Source: Chlamydiota bacterium
GTDB taxonomy: Bacteria > Auribacterota > JACPWU01
Assembly: GCA_016196885.1 (NCBI GenBank)
Contig: JACPWU010000046.1
Location: forward strand, 30,001 to 62,000
Direction: 5' to 3'
Length of the DNA: 32,000 bases
Part shown: piece by piece, positions 1 through 9,371 of the stretch
Position numbering within the stretch: position 1 is the stretch's first letter
Layout: every line of letters starts with the position of its first letter
Notes under the pieces: generated by a model
Told to the model about the DNA's origin: nothing
The model's input: the letters and a program-made list of their open reading frames with translations, nothing else
Database searches by the model: none
Made by a program: the position numbers and the translations under genes

Positions 1-1
1 C

Positions 2-292
2 GCACTCGATCTCATCCTGGAATATGCTTCTTCAGGGAAAGAGTTTTTCATGCAAGATAAGAAAACTCAAGATGCAATCATTCGCAATCTTGAAATTCTT
101 GGAGAAGCAACGAAAAATATCCAGGAAGATTTTAGACAAGTGCATTCAGAAATTCCTTGGAAGGCTTTGGCCGGAATGAGAGATAAACTAGCCCATGATT
201 ATTTTGGCGTTAATCTTGAGATTGTATGGGAAGTTGTGGACAAAAGAATTCAAGAACTTAAGGAAAAGATTAATAACCTTTTAAACAACTGA
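2..292 (+). CDS. hepT: HepT-type (DUF86) HEPN ribonuclease toxin, 5'-truncated by the window edge
   Basis: The frame is open from nt 2 (ALDLILEYASSGKEFF precedes the listed Met at 50). RDKLAHDY is an R-x4-H-x-Y HEPN motif and LEILGEA is typical of DUF86. The MNT partner is expected upstream, outside the window. Confidence 0.8.
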   Translation, partial: ALDLILEYASSGKEFFMQDKKTQDAIIRNLEILGEATKNIQEDFRQVHSEIPWKALAGMRDKLAHDYFGVNLEIVWEVVDKRIQELKEKINNLLNN

Positions 293-472
293 CATCTTTC
301 ACTTTGCAAAAAAATTTAGCGATTAGAATAGCACTCTCGATACAGAATCTCTCTTTCTTCTTTTAGACCTACGAGCAACTCGTTAAGAGTTTTTCCTGAA
401 GCTGTGAGGAGCTCCCGAAGCTTTCTCCGAGATTTTTTCAATTCAAGCTTTTTAGAGCTACGGCATTTTCGA

Positions 473-1279
473 TCAAATCTTTCTCTCTCCATTTTGGTCC
501 TCTTTTTTCTCCTCCAAAATATCGTAAATGGCCTTAAGTCCTTTTATCGTCAGATTTGAATCAAAATGATGAACCTCTTCAATGTCGGAAAGAAAATAAG
601 AAACGTAGCCTCCAGTCGCGATGACTTTAACGTCCATCTCGTAACCTGGGAAAACTTCTGCTTTTAATCTTTTCAGCAAAAATTTGACCATGCCCACGAA
701 CCCCCAATAAATACCAGATTGAATCGCAGAAATGGTGTCTCTACCCAAAACTTCATTTGGTTTTATGATATTGACCCAAGGTAGGAGCGCTGTTCTCTCG
801 TGCAAAATATCTCGGCTCAGGCCCATCCCTGGCAGAATCACCCCTCCCAAATATTCCCCGCCAAAAGAAATGATATCGAAGGTCACCGCAGTTCCAAAAT
901 CAACGACAATGGCAGGTGTTCCATAAAGTTTTCGAGCTGCAATCGCATTGGCAATCCGGTCGGCTCCGACTTGTCTTGGATTTTTGTACCAAATCTTAAG
1001 GTCTATATTGAGATCACTGGAAACACAAACGGGCTTGACTGAAAACAATTTTTCACAGAGTGATTCGAAAACTTCTTTCAGCTCTGGAACGACCGTGGCA
1101 ATGACAACCCCTTTGATTTCCTTTTGCTCTTTCAAACCATCTGGTAAATTCTTGAGATAATAGACTTCATCTTTTTTGACCGTCGCAATTCTCCAAAAAT
1201 CCACCACGGCATCCCCTTTAAAAACACCCATCACTATATTTGTATTGCCAATATCCACAACTACAATTTTACCGGACAT
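473..1279 (-). CDS. coaX: Type III pantothenate kinase
   Basis: The N-terminus IVVVDIGNTNIVMGVF is the ASKHA phosphate-1 motif. Also VVDFGTA and ATGG motifs, ~268 aa, ATG start. Confidence 0.9.
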   Translation of the reverse strand: MSGKIVVVDIGNTNIVMGVFKGDAVVDFWRIATVKKDEVYYLKNLPDGLKEQKEIKGVVIATVVPELKEVFESLCEKLFSVKPVCVSSDLNIDLKIWYKNPRQVGADRIANAIAARKLYGTPAIVVDFGTAVTFDIISFGGEYLGGVILPGMGLSRDILHERTALLPWVNIIKPNEVLGRDTISAIQSGIYWGFVGMVKFLLKRLKAEVFPGYEMDVKVIATGGYVSYFLSDIEEVHHFDSNLTIKGLKAIYDILEEKKEDQNGERKI

Positions 1280-1295
1280 AATGGATCCTTTTTTA

Positions 1296-1326
1296 TAGCG
1301 TACAGCGATCAGCGTTCAGCGGTCAG
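1296..1326. repeat. Heptanucleotide tandem array (tagcgta cagcgat cagcgtt cagcggt cag) in the coaX-birA spacer
   Basis: Direct reading shows about 4 units of CAGCGNT. Confidence 0.7.
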
Positions 1327-1352
1327 TTTGAAAGGAACGATTTTATTTTTCG

Positions 1353-2237
1353 CTACACGCTCATTCGATCTAAAATTTTTACATCTCCACTTAAGAAAGC
1401 CTCAATAAAGCCTCCCTCTCTTCTTAAAAGCAAAGCCCCTTTCGCATCCGTTCCCAAAACAGTCCCCTCCCATTTTTTATCACTCACCTTCACCTCTACC
1501 CAATGTCCGACAAGTGATGAAAGCCTGGACCATTGAGACAGAAGAAAATCGTACTCCTGATTCTGGAGATGCTCATAAGTCTTTTCTAATTGTAGTAGTA
1601 ACTCTCTCACAAGAACTGTTCTGTCCCATAAATGTCCACTGAGCATCGCCAAAGAAGTGACTGTTTTTTGGATATCTTCAGGGCATTCAGAAGAATCCAT
1701 ATTCACATTAAGTCCGATACCCACAATCACATGCTTGACCTCATTTTTTTCGGATTTCATCTCTGTTAATATTCCTGCCACCTTTTTCCCTTCCACATAA
1801 ATATCATTCGGCCATTTAATGAAGGCGTGAAAACCCTCTTCCCGTAAAAGAGAAGCCACCGTAACAGAGCTCATGACAGTGATCAAGGAAACCTCTTCGA
1901 GCCGTAGCGAAGGCCTCAAAATTAAAGACAAAAGAATGTTCTTGCCCTTGGGTGAAGACCAAGACCGCATCATCCGTCCCCGTCCTTGCCTTTGATATTG
2001 CGCCAAAATGACAGTGCCTTCAGGAGCTCCTTTCTCAGCGTATTCTCGAGCTACATCGTTGGTAGAATCCACTTCATCTTCAGAAACAATCTTACAGCTG
2101 AAGGATCCTTCTTTTAACCCAGATTTTGCAATAGACGCGAGAACCGAGACGCAAGAGCTTGAGCCAGATTGGCCTGAAGAAAACGGAGGCATGCAAAAAT
2201 TTGCCTGTCGAGTATTTCTGAAGGTCAAGATGGCCAA
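1353..2237 (-). CDS. birA: Biotin--[acetyl-CoA-carboxylase] ligase (group I BirA); start codon uncertain
   Basis: VDSTNDVAREYAEKGAPEGTVILAQYQRQGRGRMMRSWSSPKG matches the BirA signature (STN...GRGR.GR.W.S). The listed start at 2237 is a TTG. Residues 1-41 are encoded by a MITE copy (2114-2253). Alternative starts are ATG 2192 (inside the MITE) and GTG 2072. Confidence 0.85.
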   Translation of the reverse strand: MAILTFRNTRQANFCMPPFSSGQSGSSSCVSVLASIAKSGLKEGSFSCKIVSEDEVDSTNDVAREYAEKGAPEGTVILAQYQRQGRGRMMRSWSSPKGKNILLSLILRPSLRLEEVSLITVMSSVTVASLLREEGFHAFIKWPNDIYVEGKKVAGILTEMKSEKNEVKHVIVGIGLNVNMDSSECPEDIQKTVTSLAMLSGHLWDRTVLVRELLLQLEKTYEHLQNQEYDFLLSQWSRLSSLVGHWVEVKVSDKKWEGTVLGTDAKGALLLRREGGFIEAFLSGDVKILDRMSV

Positions 2238-2253
2238 GATCTTGCGTCGAATT
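2114..2253. mobile_element. Truncated copy of a ~170-bp MITE (left TIR present, right TIR missing)
   Basis: About 138 bp match 16865-17002 with roughly 5 mismatches by hand alignment, in the same orientation. It lies between the nadC stop (2268) and the conserved part of birA. Confidence 0.8.
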
Positions 2254-2267
2254 GAGATCTCATTATA

Positions 2268-3131
2268 TTATCTAACTCCCAAAACCTCTAGGCTAATATC
2301 TACCGCCCTGACAGAATGAGTTAAGGCACCGACCGAAATCCGGTCTACGCCTGTTTGCGCATAAGCCTCCACATTGTCTAAACGAATCCCGCCTGAAGCC
2401 TCTAACAAAATTTTTCCTTTCCACTCTTTCACAGCCAAATGAACCTGAGAGGGATCCATGTTGTCGAGCAATACAAAATCGGCCCCGGCCTGAACCACTC
2501 TCTGGACTTCCTTCACATGCAACACCTCAAATCCTATTTGGATTTTGGGATAGTCCTTACGAATTTTCTGAACCACCGATTTCCAATCTGTAAAGCCTGC
2601 ATCCTCCATCACATATTGATGGTTTTCCTTCACCAAAATCATTTCATTTAAAGAAAGACGATGGTTGTGTCCGCCTCCCATTCTCACCGCATATTTTTCA
2701 ATCACTCTCAAAGAGGGTGTTGTCTTACGTGTATCATAAATTTTGACATTGTATTTTTGGGCCTTCTGAACAAAAGCAGTCGTTAACGTTGCAATCCCGC
2801 ACAAACGCTGAAGAAAATTAACGGCTGTCCTTTCTGCTTTTAAGATGGATCTGGCGGACCCTTGAACCAATCCAAATTTTCCAGACTCTATTTTTTCCCC
2901 ATCCTGCACCATCCAGAAAGAACGAATCGAAGCGTCCATTCTTTTCAAGACTCGGTCCACGATCGGAAGCCCGGCCACCGTACATGGCATCTTGGCCACC
3001 CACTCGGCCTCTAGTACAGCATCTTTAGGAATAAAATAATCCGTCGTCAAATCCCCCGCACGCACATCTTCTTCTAAAGCATGAGCAATGATAGGATCAA
3101 TTTCATGCCAAGGTAGTTCTGAAGTTTTCAT
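2268..3131 (-). CDS. nadC: Nicotinate-nucleotide pyrophosphorylase (carboxylating) / quinolinate phosphoribosyltransferase
   Basis: GDLTTDYFIP, ILKAERTAVNFLQRLCGIATLT, DTRKTTPSLR, LVKENH and the C-terminal ISVGALTHS motif are characteristic of NadC. 287 aa. Confidence 0.9.
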   Translation of the reverse strand: MKTSELPWHEIDPIIAHALEEDVRAGDLTTDYFIPKDAVLEAEWVAKMPCTVAGLPIVDRVLKRMDASIRSFWMVQDGEKIESGKFGLVQGSARSILKAERTAVNFLQRLCGIATLTTAFVQKAQKYNVKIYDTRKTTPSLRVIEKYAVRMGGGHNHRLSLNEMILVKENHQYVMEDAGFTDWKSVVQKIRKDYPKIQIGFEVLHVKEVQRVVQAGADFVLLDNMDPSQVHLAVKEWKGKILLEASGGIRLDNVEAYAQTGVDRISVGALTHSVRAVDISLEVLGVR

Positions 3132-3196
3132 CGTAACCTTTGTTCACCCCAGCAGATGAAAACAGTTTTGAATTCCGAAAGTATTGTTTTTTTACT

Positions 3197-3224
3197 CACG
3201 ACTCACCCCTCACGACGCACGACT
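3197..3224. repeat. Heptanucleotide tandem array (cacgact cacccct cacgacg cacgact) overlapping the uvrB stop
   Basis: Four 7-nt units read directly. The last residues TVVRREG and the stop codon of uvrB are encoded by the array. Confidence 0.7.
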
Positions 3225-5176
3225 GTTTTCTTTATTTGATAAATCTTGTCCCGAATCATCGCTGCCTGCTCAAACTCCATTTTTTCTGCGGCTTGACGCA
3301 TTTCACCTTCCAATTCATAGATTAATTCATCCTTAGCATAAGCTACGTCATCCTTATTGGCCACATGTTTTAAAAAGGTTTTAGCCTCTTGATAACTGGA
3401 AAGACTTTCGTCCAAGGCTCTCTGAATTCCCTTGGGGGTAATCTTGTGTTTCTCATTATAATCCTTTTGGATCTGACGACGGCGATGTGTTTCTTCAAGG
3501 GTTCTTTTAATCGAATCCGTCAGGACATCCGCATAAAAAATAACCTCTCCTGAAATATGACGCGCGGCACGGCCCGCGACTTGAATGAGAGAAGTCTGAG
3601 ACCTTAAAAATCCCTCTTTGTCCGCATCGAGGACCGCCACCAAAGACACCTCCGGCAAGTCCAGTCCCTCTCTCAAAAGATTAATCCCCACAAGCACATC
3701 GAAATCTGCCTTTCGAAGACTTCTCAAAATATTCACGCGTTCAAGCGCATCAATTTCAGAATGAAGATAACGCACACGAATGCCCAATTCTTTCAAATAG
3801 TCGGTCAAATCCTCTGACATCTTTTTGGTCAACGTCGTCACCAAAATACGTTCCTTCTTCTTCACACGTTTCTGAATCTCTTCAATCAAGTCATCCACTT
3901 GATGAGCGAGTGGCTTCACCGTAATCTCAGGATCTACAAGCCCTGTCGGTCGAATGACCTGCTCCACGGGATAGGGATATTTTGCCAATTCATAGGGGCC
4001 AGGTGTCGCTGAGACAAAAAGGGTTTGAGGAACAATTTGCTCAAACTCATCAAAACGTAAAGGACGATTGTCCAAAGCGGAAGGCAGACGAAAACCATAT
4101 TCAACCAAGGTGGTTTTGCGAGAACGGTCCCCCTGATACATACCCCGAATTTGAGGAAGCATCACGTGGGATTCATCGATAAAAATCAAATAATCTTTTG
4201 GAAAAAAATCCAAAAGACAGGTCGGCCGTTCTCCTGCTTTTCGACCACTCAAATGCCTCGAATAATTTTCAATGCCTTGGCAATATCCAATCTCTCGAAG
4301 CATTTCCATGTCAAAGTGGGTTCTAGATTCCAAACGCTGAGCTTCTAACAATTTCCCCTGCGATCTGAAATAGGCGAGTCTCTCTTGCAATTCTTCCTCA
4401 ATCGCCTTGAAGGCCGCTTCTAATTTCCGATAAGGGCTGACAAAATGTTTGGCAGGGTAAATCGTCAAGCCCTTCAACATGTTTTTTACATTGCCTGTCA
4501 AGGGGTCTATCTCATTCACAGACTCTATTTGATCCCCGAACAATTCTACTCGATAGGCATTCGTTCCATATGCGGGATACACCTCCACGGTATCTCCCCT
4601 CACTCGAAAGGTGCCTTTCTCAAATCGAAAATCATTGCGTTCATATTGAATATCCACGAGACCCCTTAAAAAATCAGAACGGGATTTTTGTTCGCCCTTT
4701 TCGATACGAACCATCATCTCTTCATAATCCTCTCGAGAGCCCAAGCCATAAATGCAAGAGACGCTCGCCACCACAATCACATCGGGCCGCGAAAGGAGCG
4801 AACTCGTCGCTGACAATCTCAGACGTTCTATTTCTGTATTGATAGAGGCATCCTTTTCAATATAGGTATCCGTCTGAGGAATATAGGCCTCTGGCTGATA
4901 ATAATCGTAATAGCTGATGAAATACTCGACTGCATTTTCAGGAAAGAAATGCTTCAATTCATTGTACAGTTGTGCAGCCAAGGTTTTGTTGTGTGAAATG
5001 ACAAGCGCGGGCTTCTGGAGTTTAGAAATCACATTGGCCATGGTGAAAGTTTTGCCAGAGCCGGTCACTCCCAAAAGCGTTAGAAAACGCTTTCCTGACG
5101 AAAACTCATTTACCAATTTTTCAATCGCCTGAGGCTGATCTCCTTGAGGTTCATATTCAGAATGAAGTTTAAACAT
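3203..5176 (-). CDS. uvrB: Excinuclease ABC subunit B
   Basis: PQGDQPQAI, Walker [14 protein letters not shown], helicase C motifs and the C-terminal UVR domain ([11 protein letters not shown]). 657 aa. Confidence 0.95.
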   Translation of the reverse strand: MFKLHSEYEPQGDQPQAIEKLVNEFSSGKRFLTLLGVTGSGKTFTMANVISKLQKPALVISHNKTLAAQLYNELKHFFPENAVEYFISYYDYYQPEAYIPQTDTYIEKDASINTEIERLRLSATSSLLSRPDVIVVASVSCIYGLGSREDYEEMMVRIEKGEQKSRSDFLRGLVDIQYERNDFRFEKGTFRVRGDTVEVYPAYGTNAYRVELFGDQIESVNEIDPLTGNVKNMLKGLTIYPAKHFVSPYRKLEAAFKAIEEELQERLAYFRSQGKLLEAQRLESRTHFDMEMLREIGYCQGIENYSRHLSGRKAGERPTCLLDFFPKDYLIFIDESHVMLPQIRGMYQGDRSRKTTLVEYGFRLPSALDNRPLRFDEFEQIVPQTLFVSATPGPYELAKYPYPVEQVIRPTGLVDPEITVKPLAHQVDDLIEEIQKRVKKKERILVTTLTKKMSEDLTDYLKELGIRVRYLHSEIDALERVNILRSLRKADFDVLVGINLLREGLDLPEVSLVAVLDADKEGFLRSQTSLIQVAGRAARHISGEVIFYADVLTDSIKRTLEETHRRRQIQKDYNEKHKITPKGIQRALDESLSSYQEAKTFLKHVANKDDVAYAKDELIYELEGEMRQAAEKMEFEQAAMIRDKIYQIKKTVVRREG

Positions 5177-5191
5177 AAAACCCTTAAAATC

Positions 5192-5234
5192 TTGACTTTT
5201 GTCTTAAAATCTGATTAAATCATATTATATGATT
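5192..5234 (+). promoter_or_regulatory. Sigma70-like promoter (TTGACT-17 nt-TTAAAT) plus a 17-bp palindrome overlapping the antitoxin start
   Basis: TTGACT at 5192-5197, a 17-nt spacer, TTAAAT at 5215-5220. AATCATAT-T-ATATGATT at 5218-5234 has perfect 8-bp arms and spans the ATG at 5229. This fits an autoregulatory TA operator. Confidence 0.5.
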
Positions 5235-5489
5235 ACCATGACCGCAACACAATTTGCGAGAAATTTTCGAAAGGTTTTGGACCAACTCGAATTTATGGGA
5301 GAAGAAGTGATGATCGTACGCAATCATCATAACGTAGCCCGTATTATTCCTGGTTCTCCCCATCTCACTGCACTAGAAGCACTCGCAGATCTTTACCGCA
5401 CCCTCCCAGAAGATGCAGCTAAAAACTGGCTCAAGGAAAGTCGCATCCCTCATACCTTGAAAGAAATGAGAAACCCATGGGCGTCTTGA
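5229..5489 (+). CDS. Type II antitoxin (Phd/YefM-like) of a VapC toxin
   Basis: 86 aa. The N-terminus MTATQFARNFRKVLDQL...VMIVRNHHNVARIIP is typical of Phd/YefM-type antitoxins. It overlaps the downstream PIN gene by 13 nt. Confidence 0.75.
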   Translation: MITMTATQFARNFRKVLDQLEFMGEEVMIVRNHHNVARIIPGSPHLTALEALADLYRTLPEDAAKNWLKESRIPHTLKEMRNPWAS

Positions 5490-5896
5490 TCGACACCTGT
5501 ATTTGGATTGATGTTGAGCGCGGAAAATTGTCTCCTGCGGATGTTGCCTCCTACACGGGTAGGGAACCTATTTTTATTTCTCCCATTACCATCGCTGAGC
5601 TTACCTATGGGATCGAACAAGTGAAAGGCAATCGACGCCTCTACGAATTACGCTTGGCCGCATTAAGTCGCTTACGCAAGAAACCTTCTCTTTCTATCGA
5701 TACCACAACAGGCGAAATCTTTGGTCGACTTGCATCTTATTTAACAAATCACAAACGCAGTCATCATTTTCGAGTCCAAGATTTATGGCTTGCAAGTCAG
5801 GCGATTCAACAAGATATGAATCTTCTCACCTATAACGAAAAAGATTTTTCTGATATTCCGGGCCTTGATTTGACATTGATAAAGCCCAAGAATTAA
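5477..5896 (+). CDS. vapC: PIN-domain ribonuclease toxin VapC
   Basis: VLIDTCIWID (first acidic PIN residue), ISPITIAEL, and C-terminal LLTYNEKDF. 139 aa, translationally coupled to the antitoxin. Confidence 0.85.
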   Translation: MGVLIDTCIWIDVERGKLSPADVASYTGREPIFISPITIAELTYGIEQVKGNRRLYELRLAALSRLRKKPSLSIDTTTGEIFGRLASYLTNHKRSHHFRVQDLWLASQAIQQDMNLLTYNEKDFSDIPGLDLTLIKPKN

Positions 5897-5898
5897 TT

Positions 5899-8628
5899 TT
5901 ACGATCCCACCTGCGACTTCACAAACTCAAGGCTTTTTAAAAGTTTTTCTTTCTGCTCTCGCATCTGATTTCTTTTTTCTTTTTCTTTCTCAACCACCTC
6001 ACGAGGTGCCCTTTTCAAAAAATCTTGATTTTGGAGACGTCCCTCCAGTTTTTGAAGACCCCCCTCGATTTCTTGTAGTTGTTTTTCGAGTCGTGTCATT
6101 TCTCCCGTAAAATCAAAACCTCCCTCCAAATGCATAAAAACAGTTCCTGCCTGAGACAGACTGGAGGGAGTCGGTTGGGCGGGTGTAAAATGAGAATCAA
6201 TCTCCAGATGAGAGGCCTTGAGAAGTCGCTGAAGTTCTTGGCTTTGAGATAAGAGCAAAGTTTTATCTCCTGCACTGGCTGGTTTAATCACAAATTTTAC
6301 CTCTTGGGCAGGCTTGATCTGATATTCAGCCCTTAAATTTCGGCCCACGCGAATCAAATCATATTTCTTTTCTACCTGAAGCACCGCCTCAGCATCGATC
6401 CAGCTCTTTTTAGATTTGGGCCAGGACTCTATCATAATGGAAGAAGAGGCCTTCGGTAAAAATCCCATTTCTTTTAATCGCTGCCAAATCTCTTCTGTCA
6501 CAAACGGCATGATGGGATGAAGAAGACGCAGAGACATTTCTAAAACGGTTAGAAGCACTTTCTGCGTACGAATTTTCTGATCGGAAACTTCTGCATGCAA
6601 AATGGGCTTGACAGCCTCAATATAGCGATCACAAAAGTGATGCCAGAAAAAATCATAGAGCAAATGGGCAGCTTCATTGAAACGATATTTTTCCAAAGAG
6701 CGGGTCACCTTTCCCGCTACCTCATGTAATTTCGACAAGATATAAGAATCTTCCAAAGACAAATCTTCGGGTTTTCTTTCCAAAAGTCGAGCGTCGGATC
6801 CCTCTAGAGTCATCATCAGGAAGCGAGATGCGTTCCAGATTTTATTTGCAAAATTGCGTCCCATTTCAAATTTATCCTTTGATAAATAAACGTCTTGACC
6901 CTGAGCCGTAATCATAATCAAACTCATGCGAAGCGCATCCGTCCCATATTCATCAATGATTTCCAGGGGATCAATGATGTTGCCCAAGGATTTACTCATC
7001 TTGGTCCCCGTGTGATCCCGAACGGTCCCATGGATATAAATATGAGAAAAGGGCTTCTCCCCCATGAATTCAAAACCGGCCATGATCATGCGGGCCACCC
7101 AGAAAAAAATAATTTCCTGAGCCGTCACCAAAGTTGCAGTCGGATAATAAAATCTTTGATCTTCATCCTTTTCAGGCCAGCCCATGGTAGAAAAAGGCCA
7201 GAGCCAAGATGAGAACCAGGTGTCCAGAACATCGGAGTCTTGTTCTAATTCAGTAGAGCCACAGGTTGGGCATTTTTCGGGCCTTTCTTTCGCAACAATG
7301 ATCCCTGGATGATATGATTTATTTTTTCTGTCTTCTGACTTCTGACTTCTGTCTTCTGTCTTCCGACAATTTTGACAATACCAAACCGGAATCCGATGCC
7401 CCCACCAAATCTGTCGCGAGATGCACCAATCTCTGATATTCTCCATCCACCTCAGATATACTTTAGTCCATCGCTTGGGATAAAATTTAATTTCTCCTTT
7501 CTCCACCGCTTGCAGAGCCTTCTTGGCCAAAGGCTTCATGCGCACAAACCACTGGGGAGAAAGTCTGGGCTCCACCATCGTATGACAGCGATAACAATGT
7601 CCGACCGCATGTTGATGCGGCTCGACTTTCTTTAAAAGGTTTCTCTCTTCTAAATCTTCTAAAATTAATTTCCGGCACTGAAAGCGGTCTAGACCCTGAT
7701 AGCGAGGCCCCGCATTTTCATTCATGTGACCATCGTCTGTCATCACATTGATTGGCTTAAGTCCGTGACGCTCGCCCATTAAAAAATCATTGGGATCATG
7801 AGCGGGTGTCACCTTCACCACCCCTGTACCAAACTTGGGATCTACAAAATCATCTTGAACTACGGGAAGTTCACGATTCAAGAAAGGAAGTAAAATTTTT
7901 TTCGAGAGGATGTCTTTGTAACGCTTGTCCTTGGGATGAACCGCGACCGCCACATCTCCCAACAAAGTTTCAGGCCGCGTTGTCGCGACCAACACAAACT
8001 CGCCTGCCCCTTGAATGGGATAGGCAATGTGATAGAGATTTCCTTGTATCTCCTGATGCATGGCCTCTTCATCCGAGAGAGCCGTTTGACAACGGGGACA
8101 CCAATTAATGATGTATTCACCTTTATAAATCAATCCCTTATCATAAAGATGACAGAACACCTCTAATACCGCCTTGCTCAGCCCCTCATCCATGGTGAAA
8201 CGAAGCCGTCGCCAATCGCAAGAAGAACCCAGACGTTTGAGCTGATTGACAATGGTATTGCCATATTGATCTCGCCACTGCCAAACTTTTTTCAGAAAAC
8301 CTTCTCGCCCCAAATCCTTTCGGTGAGTTCCCTCTTTTGCCAACATCTTTTCAACCACATTTTGAGTCGCAATGCCCGCATGATCTGTCCCCGGGATCCA
8401 AAGCGCATTCCATCCCTGCATGCGTTTCAGACGAATGAGAATGTCTTGAAGCGTATTGTTCAAGGCATGCCCCATGTGGAGAATACCCGTGATGTTGGGA
8501 GGAGGAATGACAATGGTATAGGGCTTGCCGCCTTTTTCGCGATCGGCATTAAATAAACCCTGATCCAGCCAAAAGCTGTACCATTTATTTTCAGCGTCTT
8601 TGGGATTGTACTGACTGGGAATGTTCAT
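5899..8628 (-). CDS. valS: Valine--tRNA ligase
   Basis: PPPNITGILHMGHALN (HIGH), KMSKSLGN (KMSKS), DVLDTWFSS, and a C-terminal coiled coil. 909 aa. Confidence 0.95.
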   Translation of the reverse strand: MNIPSQYNPKDAENKWYSFWLDQGLFNADREKGGKPYTIVIPPPNITGILHMGHALNNTLQDILIRLKRMQGWNALWIPGTDHAGIATQNVVEKMLAKEGTHRKDLGREGFLKKVWQWRDQYGNTIVNQLKRLGSSCDWRRLRFTMDEGLSKAVLEVFCHLYDKGLIYKGEYIINWCPRCQTALSDEEAMHQEIQGNLYHIAYPIQGAGEFVLVATTRPETLLGDVAVAVHPKDKRYKDILSKKILLPFLNRELPVVQDDFVDPKFGTGVVKVTPAHDPNDFLMGERHGLKPINVMTDDGHMNENAGPRYQGLDRFQCRKLILEDLEERNLLKKVEPHQHAVGHCYRCHTMVEPRLSPQWFVRMKPLAKKALQAVEKGEIKFYPKRWTKVYLRWMENIRDWCISRQIWWGHRIPVWYCQNCRKTEDRSQKSEDRKNKSYHPGIIVAKERPEKCPTCGSTELEQDSDVLDTWFSSWLWPFSTMGWPEKDEDQRFYYPTATLVTAQEIIFFWVARMIMAGFEFMGEKPFSHIYIHGTVRDHTGTKMSKSLGNIIDPLEIIDEYGTDALRMSLIMITAQGQDVYLSKDKFEMGRNFANKIWNASRFLMMTLEGSDARLLERKPEDLSLEDSYILSKLHEVAGKVTRSLEKYRFNEAAHLLYDFFWHHFCDRYIEAVKPILHAEVSDQKIRTQKVLLTVLEMSLRLLHPIMPFVTEEIWQRLKEMGFLPKASSSIMIESWPKSKKSWIDAEAVLQVEKKYDLIRVGRNLRAEYQIKPAQEVKFVIKPASAGDKTLLLSQSQELQRLLKASHLEIDSHFTPAQPTPSSLSQAGTVFMHLEGGFDFTGEMTRLEKQLQEIEGGLQKLEGRLQNQDFLKRAPREVVEKEKEKRNQMREQKEKLLKSLEFVKSQVGS
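7326..7367. repeat. Six tandem heptanucleotides (ttctgtc ttctgac ttctgac ttctgtc ttctgtc ttccgac) in-frame inside valS
   Basis: 6 x 7 = 42 nt = 14 codons, encoding RKTEDRSQKSEDRK between the two Cys pairs (CQNC ... CPTC) of ValS. Confidence 0.8.
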
Positions 8629-8632
8629 CTTG

Positions 8633-9025
8633 TTATTTTATCTTGAGGTTTAAAATAAAATCCCTAATCTCAGAAAACATCTTGAAGGCGTTCGCCGCGT
8701 CCTTTTTATGAGGCAAACCATCAGGCAAAGAACCCGGAAGAGCATCAGGATAACGAGTCGGAATATAAAACTTATCTAGCTCACGAAAGAAATCTTTAAA
8801 CTCACTGAGGCGTGGCTCAAGTGAATGAGAAAAAGTAAAAAGCTCTAAGAGACTATGCGTCTTGTGAATAGGTCTATTGCGAATAAACAAAAAACCCTTC
8901 AGAAGTTTTTCCACACCTTGTTGAGCATGAAAACATGTCTGATTATAGATCTCGTCCTCAAGAGCACTCTGAGCCATATGATAGTCCTCGTCCGCAAAAT
9001 TGAACCACGGATTATTTACGCTCAT
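8633..9025 (-). CDS. HEPN domain protein (toxin half of an MNT-HEPN pair)
   Basis: 130 aa. CFHAQQGVEKLLKGFL and the YIPTRYPD motif are typical of classical HEPN. It overlaps the upstream MNT gene by 14 nt. Confidence 0.8.
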   Translation of the reverse strand: MSVNNPWFNFADEDYHMAQSALEDEIYNQTCFHAQQGVEKLLKGFLFIRNRPIHKTHSLLELFTFSHSLEPRLSEFKDFFRELDKFYIPTRYPDALPGSLPDGLPHKKDAANAFKMFSEIRDFILNLKIK

Positions 9026-9356
9026 AGAGGACTTTTCCCCTTTTTAGAATTTCTTCTTTAATAAAATACCTGTTTTCCTTAACCATCTGATTCCATTCAC
9101 GAGGTGTATAAACCAACGCATCCATGGAAAACTTAGGATTAGCAATAAATAGAACATCTCCAATACGATCCAAAAATCGTTTTTTGGTTTCTTTGACAAT
9201 TGCAAGGTCAATATCACTGGCTTCTTTTACCTGACCACTCGCCAAAGATCCAAAAAGATAAATTTTTTCAGGATGATATTTCTGAATAATTCTTGGTAAA
9301 ATTTTCTTCAGTTCGCTCTGAAGATTTTTTTTTCTCTTTAAACTCAGGACATTCAA
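9012..9356 (-). CDS. Minimal nucleotidyltransferase (MNT) antitoxin
   Basis: LFGSLASGQVKEASDIDLAIV is the GS-x-GD-x-D pol-beta-type NTase motif. 114 aa, TTG start with GAAAGG upstream. Confidence 0.8.
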   Translation of the reverse strand: MNVLSLKRKKNLQSELKKILPRIIQKYHPEKIYLFGSLASGQVKEASDIDLAIVKETKKRFLDRIGDVLFIANPKFSMDALVYTPREWNQMVKENRYFIKEEILKRGKVLYERK

Positions 9357-9371
9357 TGGGGTTTACCTTTC

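Noticed and set aside
400-440. Possible bidirectional terminator between hepT and coaX (ggag...ctcc followed by attttttc)
   Set aside because: Only a 4-bp stem with a large loop could be drawn, which is too weak to call.
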